DNA of 64,000 nucleotides from contig QPMI01000064.1 of assembly GCA_004431415.1 (NCBI GenBank), positions 186,001 through 250,000 on the forward strand, given 5' to 3'. The notes beneath the pieces were generated by a model that ran no database searches, was not told the DNA's origin, and saw nothing but the letters and a program-made list of their open reading frames with translations. The stretch comes from Cyanophora paradoxa CCMP329 (lineage: Eukaryota; Plantae; Glaucophyta). The translations under genes were made by a program, and so were the position numbers. Below are positions 25,591-38,300 of this stretch, in pieces; positions within the stretch are counted from its first letter, which is position 1, and each line of letters starts with the position of its first letter.

Positions 25591-28500
25591 TCAGGGCGCG
25601 GTGGCCTCCCAGCCGAGGCCGCCGCGGTCCTGGAAGACATGCCTGGCCAGGGCGTCTGCCTCCGTTGTCCCGTCGGCCTGCTGCCGGTCAGGGGGCGGGG
25701 GTAGGGGCACGAGAGGCCCGGCCGCGCACCCTGGCCCCCGCGACGCTCAGCTGGAGCGCGCGGCCGACGCGGCGGACGCAGAGCGGGCGGGCGCGCCGCG
25801 GCTCGGCCTGCGGCTTGGCCTGCTCGAGGGCGCGGGCGGGGGGAGCCCCCGCGAAGCTCCAGACGCGGAGGCTCTTGTCCGCCCCCGCAGACACGACGGC
25901 TGCGTCGCCGAGGGCCAGGGCGCAGACCCACCCCGCGTGGCCCGCGAGCGCGCACAGGGGCGCCCCGTCCCGCGCGGACCACAGGCGGACGGTCCCGTCT
26001 TCGCCGCCCGTCGCCGCCGTCTCCCCGTCCTGCGCCCGGCTTAAGGCGGAGGAAGAGAAGAGAGCCGAAGGGGGCGCACGGGGGAGAGGGCGACGCTGAG
26101 GACCCAGCCGGCGTGGCCGGAGAGGACCCGGCACGAGTCGCCGCCGCCGCCCCAGAGTCGCAAGGCGCTGTCGCCGACGCTCCACAGCCGCCCCGTCCCG
26201 TCGCTCGACGCCGACGCGAGCGTGCGCCCGTCTTCGGAGAAGGCGAGCGCCCGCACCCAGTCCGAGTGTCCAGCCAAGGTCCGCACCGCCCGCCCCTCGC
26301 CCGCGGCCCAGAGTTGCACGGCCCCGTCCGTGTACCCCGCCGCCAGCAGCGTCCCATCCTGCGCGGCCCTCGGCTCCGGGGGTACGGCCGGCGGCGGCTG
26401 GGGAAGGGGGTACCCGCGTGAGGGCGAGGGAGAGGGCGGAGCGGGCGGGCCTCGCGCCCTCCTCCCCATCCGCCTCGTCGCTCGGCCTTGCGAATCGGAC
26501 GGCCTCAGGCCGATCAAAGGAAAGCAGAGCGCAGGGGCGCACCGCCGGAGGACGTGCCGCGCGGCGCCCGTCTCGGCGCTCCAGAGGCGCACCGTTCCAT
26601 CATCGCCGCCGGAGGCGACCGTCGAGCCGTCCTGACCGAGCCGGCCGATGAGGGCGCGCAGCGAGCGCGAGGCGGGGCCGCACCTGCGAGAGGGCGACGC
26701 ACTGGACCCAGCCGCGGTGCCCCCGGAGCTGCACGAGCCGCGCCTCGCCCGCCGCCCACAGCGGCGCCCGCGCGCCCGACGGGTCCGCCACTCGCCACAC
26801 CCCTACCGTCCCGTCCCCGCTGCCCGACGCCAGCGTCCGCCCGTCCTGCGGCGGTGTCGGGCGGCGCGCGGCCCGACGAAGGCGCCGCAGCGCACGCGGG
26901 AGAGGGCGACGTGCCGCGCGGCGCCCGTCTCGGCGCTCCAGAGGCGCGCCGTCCCGTCGTCTGCTCCCGAGGCGAGCGTCGCGCCGTCGCGGGAGATGGC
27001 GAGCGCGCAGACGGCGCCCGTGTGCCCCTCGATGCTCCGCACCGCCCGCCCCTCGGCCGCGTTGTACAGCGTGATGCGGCCGTCCTCGCCGCCCCAGCAG
27101 AGCGCCGCGCCGCTGGGCGAGAGGGCGAGGCAGGCGGCGGCGGGCGCCTCGACGGCGGAGCGGTGGCGGAGGGCGGCGGGGCTCGCGAGGGCCCAGAGAG
27201 CGACGCGGCCGTCGGCCCCGCACGAGGCGAGCGTGCGGGCGTCGTCGGAGAGGGCGACGCAGAGGACGGCCCCCGCGTGCCACTCGGCGCAGTCGAGCTG
27301 CCGCCGCTCCGGCGCGCCCCACAGACGCAGCGTCCGGTCCTCCCCGCCCGATACCAGCAGCCGCCCGTCCTGCGCTCCGTTCGGCCGGCGCCGGCCCTCG
27401 ATAGTCCGGCGGGGGTGGCGGCGCACGCGGGAGAAGGCGAGGGCGCGGACGGGGCCCGCGTGGCCCTCCAGCACCCCCTCCAGCGCCCCGCTCGCGGCGG
27501 CCCACAGCCGGAGGGCGCCGTCCGGCCCGCCCGTCGCCAGCATGCGCGCATCCGCCGAGAGGGCCAGCGCGAGGACTTCCCGGTCCGCCACGATCCGCCG
27601 GACCTGCGGTGCCCGTCAGTGGCCGCGCGAAACGCTTTCCCGCCGGCGCGCGCCTCGCGGCCGGTCTCCGCCTCCAGCACCGCCACGCGCCCGTCCGCGG
27701 AGCCCGAGACGACCCAGCGGCCCTCCGCCGCCTCCGAGAAGAGGACGGCCGTCACCTGCGCTCCGCTTCGTGAGCGGGGCGGGCGCCGGGCGGCGGGCGC
27801 GGCGCGCCCGGTCCGTGTGGCCCCGGTAGACGGGCTTGACGCCCAGCCGGCAGCCGGCGAGGCGGGCGCCCCGCAGGTCGGCCCCCTCCAAGTTCGCCTC
27901 CTCCAGCACCGCCTGAGAGAGGTCCGCCCCGCGAAGGTCCGCCCCCGCCGCCTCCATCGCGAAGAGGTTCGCCCCCGGCGCGCGCACGCCGCGCAGGTCC
28001 GCCCCGGCGAACGAGACGCCAGCTGCGCCGCGGTCGGACCCAGGGCGCGGTTCGCGGTTCGCGCGGGGGTGCGCGCCCATGTTCAGGATCGTGAGGGAGT
28101 TGGCCGCCGCGATCTGGGAGCCCCCGCGCGCCGACTCGCGCACGCAGCGCCAGAGCGCCTGCCGGCGGCCCGAATCAGCTCGCCCAAGCGCGGAGGCGAA
28201 GCGCGCCAAAAGGTCACACGCACCGAGGCGAAGTGCGGCTCCCGGCGCGCGTGGTCGGCGAGGAAGGGCAGCACTTTGGTGTCGTCCGTGAAGAGGCTGC
28301 GCGGCCCTTGGCTCAAAGATCGGACGGAGGCGAAGCCGACCGAAGACCGCACCGCTGGCTCAGCTCGCCCGCGATGACGGCCGTGTCGATGAGGGCGTCC
28401 AGGCGCCTGCCCGCGATGCCGTCCGCCAAAAAGTACTCCTGCGCCGCCCCGCTGAGCCTTGCCGTCCTCCCTCTGCTCGGCGGAGGGGCACCTTTAGGGA

Positions 28501-31500
28501 GGCATGCAGGAAGTAGTACGAGACGCGCAGGCCGCCCTCGGCCGCCGCCGTCAGCGGCGCGGCCCCGAGCACGTCCGCCTTCTCCTTGTCCCGGCCGCTG
28601 CGGAGCTTCAACACGACGCGCTTCATTGGGGAGGGCCAAGAATAGCGCACGCGAGGTAGGCGCGGAGCCCGGCCTCGACCTGCGCGTCGCCCCCCTCGCC
28701 GGCCTCGGCCAGCGCGGGGTCGCCCACGAAGAGCGAGAGGCCCGCCGTCCCGGCCTGCGGGGCGCGGGCGTGGGCGCCACGCCTTCAGGGGAGACAGAAG
28801 GGGAGGGCGAACCGTGTCCATGGCGCGGGCGAGGAGGCGGCAGACGATGCGGCACTCCTCGACGAGGGCGGCGGCGCCGCCCTGCCCGCGGCGCTTCTCG
28901 GCCTCGCGCGTGAACCACCCCTCCACAAAGGCGTCGTAGATGTCCTTCATGAGGAGGCGCGCGCCGCCGCCGGCCTCGCCCCCGCCCTCCTCCGCGCGCC
29001 GGGCGATCGCCGGCAGCTCCCGGCACGCGATCGAGAGCACGAAGGGCGTCCGGATGATGTCGAGCAGGCTCCCGATCTGCTTGACCTTGGCCACGTACCA
29101 CTCCACGTCGTGCAGCGGGTCCGGGCTCGCGGCCAGCAGCTGCTGCACGAAGGCCCGCGTCTGGCCCGCGTCGAAGGGGCACGTCCACGCCTCGCAGACG
29201 GAGGGGGACGGCCCGGGGTCCAGGGAGAACGAGTCGCGGTACGACTTGCCGAGGGCGGAGAGGTACTGAGCGCGGCAGGAGACAACCAGCCTCGCGGACC
29301 AGAGGGGCAGGTCCGGGTCCACCACGTGCGGGGCCTGCGACAACCTTGTCAAGGCCCGCTTTCCGAAGCGCGCGCGAAACACGAGTGACCTCCCGGAGGC
29401 GGCCTTCGTCGTAGGCGTCCAGTATGGGCAGGAGGCGGCACCTGCGCCGCGTGAGGAGGCGGGGAGAGCGGGGGCGGGAAATCGCGCACCCCGCGAGGAG
29501 GGCGTCCTCGAGCTCGCGGTCCCGCTCGCCGCGGCCGAGGCCGAGCTCGCGGAGGAGGAGGCGGGTGAGGGGCGAGCGGGCGGCGCCGCCGCGGAGGGAG
29601 GAGAGGGGAAGGAAGGCGGGGAAGGGGTCCCCCGAGGCGGGCGCCCAGGCGAGCAGGAGCCGGCGGTGGAGCCGCTTCAGGCTGGTCGTCTTCGAGCAGC
29701 CCGAGTCGCCGGTGAGGAGGAGGGAGCGGAAGGGGCCCGGGCCGGCCGACGCCGGGCCGGCCCCCGACGCGGCGAACGCGTCGAGGAACGAGTCGAGGTC
29801 GAAGCGGCGGCCCTCGCCGTCGGCGTAGCGGCCGTCGCTGTCCGGCGCCGCCCACGCCGGCACGTACACCTGCCGCGCCAGGCCCTCCCTCTCGTACGCC
29901 TCCAGCGCCCGCTCGCGCGCCTGCGCCGGAGCTCAGAGGCGCGTGGCGGGGCTGAGCGGGGGGGGGGCGCGCCGTGACGAGGCGGTCGCGCAGGCGCTGC
30001 TCGGGCGTGCGCGCGCCCTCGACCTCCAGCGCCTTGCGCAGCAGGGCGGACTGGCCCGCCGCCGCGCTCTGTGCCGCCCGGGGCGCACGCGGCCGGCTCG
30101 GCCGCACCTGCGCCGCCGCGGCCGCCTCCCGCGCGCGGGGGGCGCCCGAGTCGCGGAGCCGCTCGAGCGCTTCGAGGGCGGCGCGGGAGGCAAGGCCCCG
30201 CCCTCGAGCCCCGCCGCGTCCGCGAGGGCGCACGCGATCGCGCGGTGCACGCGCTCGCCGGCGCCCTGCGACGCCGCCGCCCCGGCGGCGGCCTCCAGCA
30301 GCCGCACCGCCTCCGCCGCTGCCTCCTCCGGGCCGCCCTCCACCACCTGGGCGCGGCTCAGTCTCTCAAACGGATCGAATCAAAGATTGAAGGGGGCGGG
30401 CCCGAAGGAGGGCGGCGCAGAGCGCGAGCGCCAGCTCGGGGCAGCGGACGACGTCGCGCAGGGCCCGGCCCTCCTCGCCCAGCAGCAGCGCGGAGAGCTG
30501 CGGCAGGCGCTCGGGCGTGGCGAGGGAGACCAGCAGCCGTGCCTCTGAGAACCTGCCGCGGGTGAGGCGGGGGCCCGCCTCGGTCCGCGACGCGCGCACC
30601 ATGGGCGGGCCTTCTTGACGCCGTCGGCACCCGCGACGGCCCGCAGGTCCGCCCACACGGACTGCAGCACCTCCCGCGCCTCCCCATGGTTCTCCTGAGC
30701 GGGCGTAAGGACACGCGGGATCAGGGCGGCGGCGCCCGGCGCGAACCTTGAGCCACATGACGGCGTCGATGACGGTCGTGGCGCCGAAGCTGCGGGCGAA
30801 GGTTAGGCGAGCGCGACGCGAAAGCTTTGAAGGTGCATGCGCCTGCCGAGGCCCTCCACGACGAACTTGGCCGCTTTGTACGCCATCTTCGCGAGGCGCA
30901 CTGCGGCGGCTCGGCGCGGGCGGTGGCGGATCGGGCGCGGCGGCGGCGGCGGCGCACGGGCGGCCTGGAAGCGGCGGACCATGTCGCCGAACTTGTCGAA
31001 GTCGCTGTTCGCGGAGACGAGCGCCTGCCGGCGGGTTCGGCTCGGCGGCCGCTGCGCGGGCGGCGCGGCCGACTCGCCTGCTGCGCGAGGACGGCGGCCG
31101 CCTCGGCGCGCCACCAGCCACCCGCGCCGCCCGCCTCCTTCGCCAGCGCCAGCAGCCGCTCGCTCAGCGGCTTGACCGTTTCCTCGTGGCTGACCGCCGC
31201 TCCATCGCCCGCCGCCTCGAGCGCGGCCAGCGTCGCGGCGACGAGCTCGAGGCGCGCGAGCGTGTCCGCCTCTCCGTACTTGATCCCGCGCACGCGCTCG
31301 AGCTGCGGGGGCGGCGCGTGAGAGGGCGGCGAGCTTCGCGCGGGCGGCGCGCGCCTGCTGCGTGCAGAACTGGACGACTTCGGCGCAGTCGGAGGCGGTG
31401 AACGTGTTCGGCGGCAGGCGGCCCAGCGCGTCGACCAGCGCGGCCAGCAGCGCGGGCTCCACGAGGGCCGCCCCGCGCGCCCGCTCCATGAGCTCTCCGA

Positions 31501-32094
31501 CGACCTGCCGCCGCGTCGTCGGGCGCGCACGGCGCGCGGCGGGCGGCGCGGCGGCACCTTTCTGCAGGAAGAGGCGTGGCGGGTAGAGACCAGGGCGCAG
31601 AGATCCGCGATGTGCACTCCGGAATCTGGAAGCGAGCGGAAAGCGAAGACCGCGGCCTCGCAGAGGACCCGCAGCTTCTCCTTTGCCGAGGCCGCGTCTC
31701 CGTCGAACTCGTGCTCAATGAATCGCTTCAAGGCTCGCGCGAGGCGCCCCACCTCGCCGAGCGCCGTGCCCTGGTTCATCAGGTCGCTGGATTGAAGCAG
31801 GACGAACAGGACGGCCATTTGCTCGCCATTCTGGATGCTGTGCAGCGAGAGGCTCGCGCTCTCGAGCGCCACAAGCTGCGCACGGGCCTTCTTGGCCGTG
31901 TCTGGGTCCAGCACAGTTTCCAGCGCGCCTTCTCCCACACCAACCGGCGCCGCGGCCGGCGCCTTCGCCTCCGCTCCGCCGGGAGAGGCAGGCTGAGGCG
32001 CGCCGCTCGCCACTTCTCCCGCCGTACGCGTGGCTGCATGCTCGGCGGCTGGCGGCGCGCCGCCCGCGGCCGCGGTGCTCGCTCCGCAGCCCAT
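25591..32094 (-). CDS. NLR-like STAND protein: acylation motif, ARM-like domain, NACHT, pentapeptide repeats, ~13 WD40 repeats
   Basis: MGCGAST start. NACHT: YVP, Walker A LLLTGDSGCSKTT (~29684-29720), Walker B LLPILDAYDE, sensor LVVSCRAQYL, TPFVL, winged-helix YYFLHASLK-EYFLA. AAANSLTILN then FAGADLRGVRAPGANL..ADLRGADLSQAVLEEANLEGADLRGA. Many GH..V..LA.S.DG..LASG..DG..RLW repeats. C-terminus LQLSVAGAR..ARHVFQDRGG, stop TGA at 25591-25593. Confidence 0.92.
30160..31870 (-). other. ARM-like helical N-terminal domain of the NLR (copy 1 of the shared domain)
   Basis: Aligns by eye along its length with 32690-34450 (+); see findings. Confidence 0.85.
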
Positions 32095-32210
32095 CAGAAG
32101 CTGCCGTGCTCACCGCAGCTTACTGCACGCTCCAGACCGGCGGAGAGGGCTCGCTGCTCGCTGCATCGTTGCGTTTGATCGCTTGACCCGTTTTGTTCGG
32201 AACCCGCCCC

Positions 32211-32241
<31 letters not shown>

Positions 32242-32353
32242 TATCCGAACTCTTGGAGCCTCGTCGGGGCGTCGGCTGTGGCGCCCAGGACGGGTGAAAG
32301 TTAGCTATGGACAACTAGCGACCTGTTGGTGCGCGAGGGACCGCTCCGTGCCC
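32095..32353. promoter_or_regulatory. Putative bidirectional promoter shared by the NLR and the chimeric dynein (259 bp, poly-C at 32212-32241)
   Basis: Divergent ATGs at 32094 (-) and 32354 (+), both encoding MGCGAS. Confidence 0.6.
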
Positions 32354-35300
32354 ATGGGTTGCGGCGCAAGCTCCGCGTCCGCTCCGCCGGCGAACGCAAG
32401 CGTGGCCGCGACGCCAGAGAGCCAGCGAAAGCATGCGGTAACATCCGCGAAGTATTCTGAGGTACGCAGAGCACTCCGCCCCCGCTCTCGAGCTGAATGT
32501 CCGTTCGCATGGTCCAGGCGGCGCCAGCCGAAGCCCCGCGTGCTGCTGAACCTGCGGCGAGCTCGGCCCCAGCTACAGCTCCAGCTCCGGTCGCAGCGCC
32601 AGTCCCAGCGTCTCCCCTGGAGCCCGATGCGCCGCCAGCGAAGGCCACGCGCGCCGCGCGCCGCGGCCGTCCGCGGCCTGCGCCCTTCGGCGCCGTCGAG
32701 GCAGCGGCACACATCGGATCGCTGGACGATATCCTCGGCCTAGAACACATCTCGCACCTGTACCGCATTGTTGCGGCCGCGGCCGCGAGCTCGAGCGCTA
32801 GCGACGAGGCGCCCGATGCGGACGCCGACAGCAAGGCGCTGCGTCGCGCCGCGCTCGCCCTGCGAGTCGTCCGGGACAGCTTCAACGGCGATCTGAACGC
32901 GGCGCTCTCCAAGCTTCACTCTCTTTGCATCGCAGGTCCGCGCGGCCTTAAAGCTTAGCGCGCAGGGCCGCGTTAGCTGACACTCTCCTCAGCGCTGTCC
33001 GCATTCGCCGAGGACGCGTCGCCATCGGACGACAGCATTTGCGACGTCTGCGCGATATCCGGCACGGGAGACAGCGAGCTGTGCCGCAGGGTCCGCGAGA
33101 CCGCGCCGCGGCCCCGGGCCCGCGCCCACCGCCCGCCGACGCCGCCCGGGCGCAGCTGCTGGCGGCCCTCGTGTCCAAGCTGGAGAGCCGGCCCCTCGTT
33201 CCAGGCGCGGCTCTGTACGAGGTGGTGGGCGCGCTTGGTCGCATCCCGCCGGACTCGCTCGGGCCTCGGGACTGGGCCGACCTCCTCGCCTTCTGCGGCC
33301 GCCTCGTGCGCGCCGCGGAAATCCGCATGCATATGCCCCTCTGGCGTGCTGATCTTCCTGCAGGTGGAAGGGGCGACGTCGACGGATGACGGCGCTGCGT
33401 GCCTCGCGCGGCTTGAGCTCGCCGCTGCCGTCCTCTCCGCCCTCGAAGCGACCGATCCCGAAGGTCCGATCCGCTCTCCATACCGCGGCCCTGCCTCGCC
33501 GACGCGCCCAACGTGCAGCGCTGGCGTGGCGGGCGCGGCACGCCGGCGTGGTCCGCCCGATGTGCGAATTTCTTCAAAACATCGCGGCGAGGGCGGCAGG
33601 CCCCGGCGGCTGGTGGCGCATCGAAGCGACCGCCCGCCTCTGCCTTCGTGCAATCGCCTCCACTCGCGGCGACTGCGACCGCTTCGGTACCGCTGTCTCC
33701 CGCTGCCGCGCCGCTGGTGCGTGTACTGCCTTGGAGTGCGTGTCGCAGTGCCGCATCCGGCCTCACGTTCCGCAGCCGAGGCGCTGGAGCAACTGCACAA
33801 GTCCGGGCGGCTCGCATCCCGTGCCGTCTCCTCTTACGGCGTCGGATCCGTTCTCGAGATCATTCTATGGCCCCAGGTGCGCTCGCGATCCCAGGCGGCC
33901 CTGCACCCACGCACGGCTGATGCGCAACGAGAGCACAGGATGGGCAAGAAGACGCGGCGCGGGCGCTGTGGGAAATGTGGGAGAACTCGCGAACCGTCAC
34001 CGGCGAGCCCGTGCCGCTCAGCGATTCGCCGTGGTTCGATAATCCGCGTTGATTTTCTTGCCGCCCTCCCCTGAAACACGCGTAGGTTCGTTCGGGCGCG
34101 CCTGGTGGCCGAACTGGGGGCCCGAGGCGCGATGGAGGAGCTGGAGACCCTTCTGGCTGCGGCGGGCGGGCGCCCCCTCGCAGACATCGCCTCTTGCAAG
34201 GAGCTCGCTCTCGCCTGCACCGCCACACTCGCCGCGGTGCGCGCCGCGCGGGGCATGCGTGGGCCCGCCTCACGTCGCCTCAGGTGGCGGAGGCCGAGTC
34301 GGGTGACACGGCCGTGGATGCAGTGCAGCTGCTGGAGCGGCTCGCAGCAAGGGGCGCGGCGGCGGCGGCGCCGGCCCTCGAGGACCTGGCCGCAAACGCT
34401 GCCTCCGACACGGCCAAGGCTGCTGCGCAAGCCCTCGAACGGCTCCGAGTGAAGCCCAGCGGGATGCAGCGACCGCCCGTCGCACGTGCTTCGCGCCGAA
34501 CCGCGCGGCATCCTGGCGAGCGAACGGCACTCGTCGCGGCAATTCTCGGAGCTGCGTCCAAAGAGAATGCAGCCGCTCCGAAATCGCACGGGCCGAGCGC
34601 GGCCTCGTCGGAGGAGGGGACGGAGGGCGAGCCGAGGGGCGCGATCAGCGTCGACCAAGAGTGCGTGGCGATGCAGGCGCTGTGGCTGGCGGCGAAGCTG
34701 CGGCCGTGGAAGCTCGAGTTCTACGCGCCAGAGGAGCTCCTGGATCTCTGCGACGAGCACGCCACACGCACGCACTCCCTCCTCTCAGCGCCCGTCGCGC
34801 GGGAGGCCGAGCCGCGCGCCCGGCTCCTCGAGTGGCAACGCCGTCTGGACGACCTTCGAGAGCTCCTGGAGACGCTGCAGCGATGTCACCGCGAGCTGCG
34901 GGATCTCGAGGTCAGGAAGAAGAATGTACTCGCGTGCACTGAGCCAATGCAGCTCTTGACCGATTTCCCCAGTTCACTTACACCGGCGGCGGGTCGGAAG
35001 TGGACGTGCCCGGGGCTCAGACGTTCGCTGCGGCGCAGGCTCTCTGGCGAAATGTGGCAGGCGCAGTTGCCGCTGCGGATTTCGCGATACTTCCGCTGGT
35101 CGGTGCCGCGGGCGTCTTGGCGGACGCGCAAGCTGCCCACCAGCGGCTTGAGGAGACAAGGAAGGCGCTGACGGAGCACCTCGACGTGCTGCAGGACGAC
35201 TTCCCCCGCTTTTTCTTCCTCTCGCACTGGGAGCTCGCGTCGGCCATCCCGCAGTTCAAGGGGTACGAGCAGGACCCGGGCCTTCTGGAAGGCACCGCGC

Positions 35301-38300
35301 GCCACCTGTTCCAGGGCGTCAAGGCGCTGGACGTCCGGGCTGGCGCCGTGGTTGCCGCCCGCTCTTTCGAGGGCGAAGTCCTGCCCTTCGAGGAGCCCAT
35401 CCCGCTCAAGCAAGCCGGCCTCGCACCGCTCTGGCGCGCCATCGAGGGGGCCCTGCGGGGCGCCGTGCGCGCCCAGTTGACTCGCGCCCTCCCCACCTAC
35501 AACCCGGTGCGGCTCGCACTCTTCCTGCCCCCGCCTTGGCTGAGCGCCCGCGCAGCACGCGAAGTGGGCGACGGAGTGGCCGGCGCAGGTGGCGCTTGTC
35601 TGCTCTCAGCTCGTGTGGACGCGGGAGGTGGAGGCGGCCATGGAAGCCGGCAGCGTGCGCCCGTACCTTGAGGCTTTTCGGGCTCACATGCTCGAGATCG
35701 TTCGCCTGCTACCCGAAGAGATGCCGAGGGCGAGACGCTCGGCGCTGCAGTCGCTGCTGACAATCAACGTGCATGCACGCGACGTCCTCGACTCGCTTGC
35801 CAACGCCGAAGTGTCCGACAAGCGCGACTATGCGTGGATCTCCCAGCTGCGATGTGCGTCCCTCGCTTTTCTCTAACGACGCCCATTCACGCGCCACAGA
35901 CTACTGGGAGGACGGAGTCGTGATCCGGATGGCGGACGCCTCGCGCGTGTACGGCTACGAGTACTACGGCTCCATCGAAGCGCTCGTCGTCACACCGCTC
36001 ACCGACCACTGCTACCGCATTCTTCTCGGAGCGATGCACAACTGCCTTGGCGCTGCGCTCGAGGGGCCCGCCGGCACTGGGAAGACCGAGACCGTCAAAG
36101 CGCTCGCTGTGGCCTGCGCGCAGCAGTGTGTAGGTGAGCCACCCCGCGCAAACGCCCCGCCCCCACCGCGCGCCCCTGCCGACGATCCTGCACAGTGCTC
36201 AACTGCTCGGACAGCCTCGACTACCTGATGCTGGCCAGGTTCTTCAGGGGCGCCGCGCAGTCGGCCGCGTGGGTCTGCTTCGACGAGTTCAACCGCATCG
36301 ACGTCGACGTCCTCTCCGTGGTGGCCCAGCAGATGCTCGCCGTCCAGCGAGCGCTGCAGGCCGGCGCCGCGACCTTCCTCCTGGAGGGCGCCGAGGTCCG
36401 CCTCGCGACCGGCCCGACCCTCGGCCTCTTCTTCACCATGAACCTCGGCTACCTGGGGCGCTCGAGCCTGCCGGACAGCCTCAAGCCCCTCATGCGGCCC
36501 GTCGCGGTGACCCTCCCCGACTTCAGCGCCGTGTACGAGGTCACGCTCTTCTTCTACGGCTTTGGCGAAGCCCGCCAGCTCGCCGCGAAGATCGCGGCCT
36601 TCTACCAGCTCGCCCGCAACCTCCTCTCGCAGCAGGATCAGTACGACTGGGGCATGCGCGCGGCCAAGCACGCCCTCTCCATGGTCCAGACCCTCAAGGG
36701 GCTCTACCCGGGGACTTCGGAGGAGAGCATCGTGCTGCAGGCGCTCATCACCGCCAACCGCGCGAAGCTCGTCAAGGCCGACGTGCCCCTCTTCGACGGC
36801 CTCTGCGCCGACCTCTTTCCCGGCGTCTCGGCCGCCAGCACGGACCACAGCGCCCTCCTCGGCGCCCTGCAGCGCGTGGCGGGGGAGATGCGCCTGCAGC
36901 TGACCGACTCCTTCCGCCTGTCGGCCCTGAAGCTCTACGAGGCGATCCTGCTGCGACACGGCGTCATGCTCGTCGGGCCTCCCATGGCAGGGAAGACGGC
37001 CCTGTACAGGCTGCTGGCGGCGGCGCTCGGCGAGCTCAACGCGCAGGGCCCGGCGGTTGAGCGGGCCGTCTCGGTGGCAGTGATCAACCCGAAGGCCGTC
37101 CCGCCCGGGCGGCTCCTCGGGTCCTTCACAGACTCCACGCAGGAGTGGCAGGACGGCGTGCTTGTGGGCCGCCTCCGCGACTTCTGCGGGTGGCGCAAGC
37201 AAGCGGGCGAGAGCGAGCCGCGCAAGTGGCTCGTGCTCGACGGGCCCGTCGACCCTGCCTGGGTCGAGGACCTGAACTCGCTGCTCGACGACAACCGCGT
37301 CCTGACCCTCATGACGGGCGAGCGGCTGCTCCTGCCGAAGAACGTGACCGTCCTCTTCGAGCTCCAGGACCTGGTCGTCGCGTCCCCCGCCACCATCTCC
37401 CGCGTCTGGATCGTCTTCATGGACGCAACGGACCTCGGCTGGCGGCCCCTGGTCGAGTCCTGGCTCGCGTCGCTGCCCGTGGCCATCGAAGCGGCTGGGA
37501 AGGAGGTGCGCCCGCCCGCCCGCCACGCGGCGCCGCGGCCTCGTAATCGTTGTGCGCAGGCGATCCGCGTGCTGGTCGACTGGCTGGTGGGGCCGAGTCT
37601 CGAGTTCGTCCGGGCCCGCGTGCGGGAGCCGTGGGGGACGCAGGACGCGCAGCTTGTGGCGGGCCTCCTCCGCCTCCTCGGGGCGCTGCTCGAGGACGCG
37701 GCGGACCCGAAGCAGCTCGCGGCCCTCTTCGTCTTCGCGCTCGTGTGGACGGTGGGCGCCTCGGGCGACGAGCCCGGGCGCGAGGCCTTCGACGGATTCC
37801 TGCGGCCGATCGTGGCGGGCGTCGACCCCGCGCGCCCGCCGCCGCCCCGCGCGGCGTTGGACCTCCCCGACGGCGCATCTCTCTACGACCTCCGCTTCGA
37901 CGGGGCGGCGGGCCGCTTCGGCCGCTGGGCCGACCGCATCGGGCCCGACTGGCGCCCGCCCCCCGGGGCCGTCCCGGGTGGCTTCCTCGTCCCGACGCCC
38001 GAGACGGAACGCGCGGCCTTCGTCCTCGCTAAGCTGGTCTCGCACGGCCACCCCGCGCTCCTCGTCGGGCCGCCCGCCGCCGGCAAGACGGCGATCGTGC
38101 GGGCCTGCCTGTCGCACCTCCCGCCCCGCTTCCGCCACGCCTCGCTGGCCCTCGCCACCCGCACCGAGGCCTCCGTGCTCCAGCAGCGGATGGAGGCCGA
38201 GCTCGTCAAGCGGGCCCGTGCGTCCTCCCCGGCCCCTCCCTCGGCCAATCTGACGGCCGGCAGGCGGCGTGCTGGCGCCGGATCCGGAGGGGGCCCGCCG

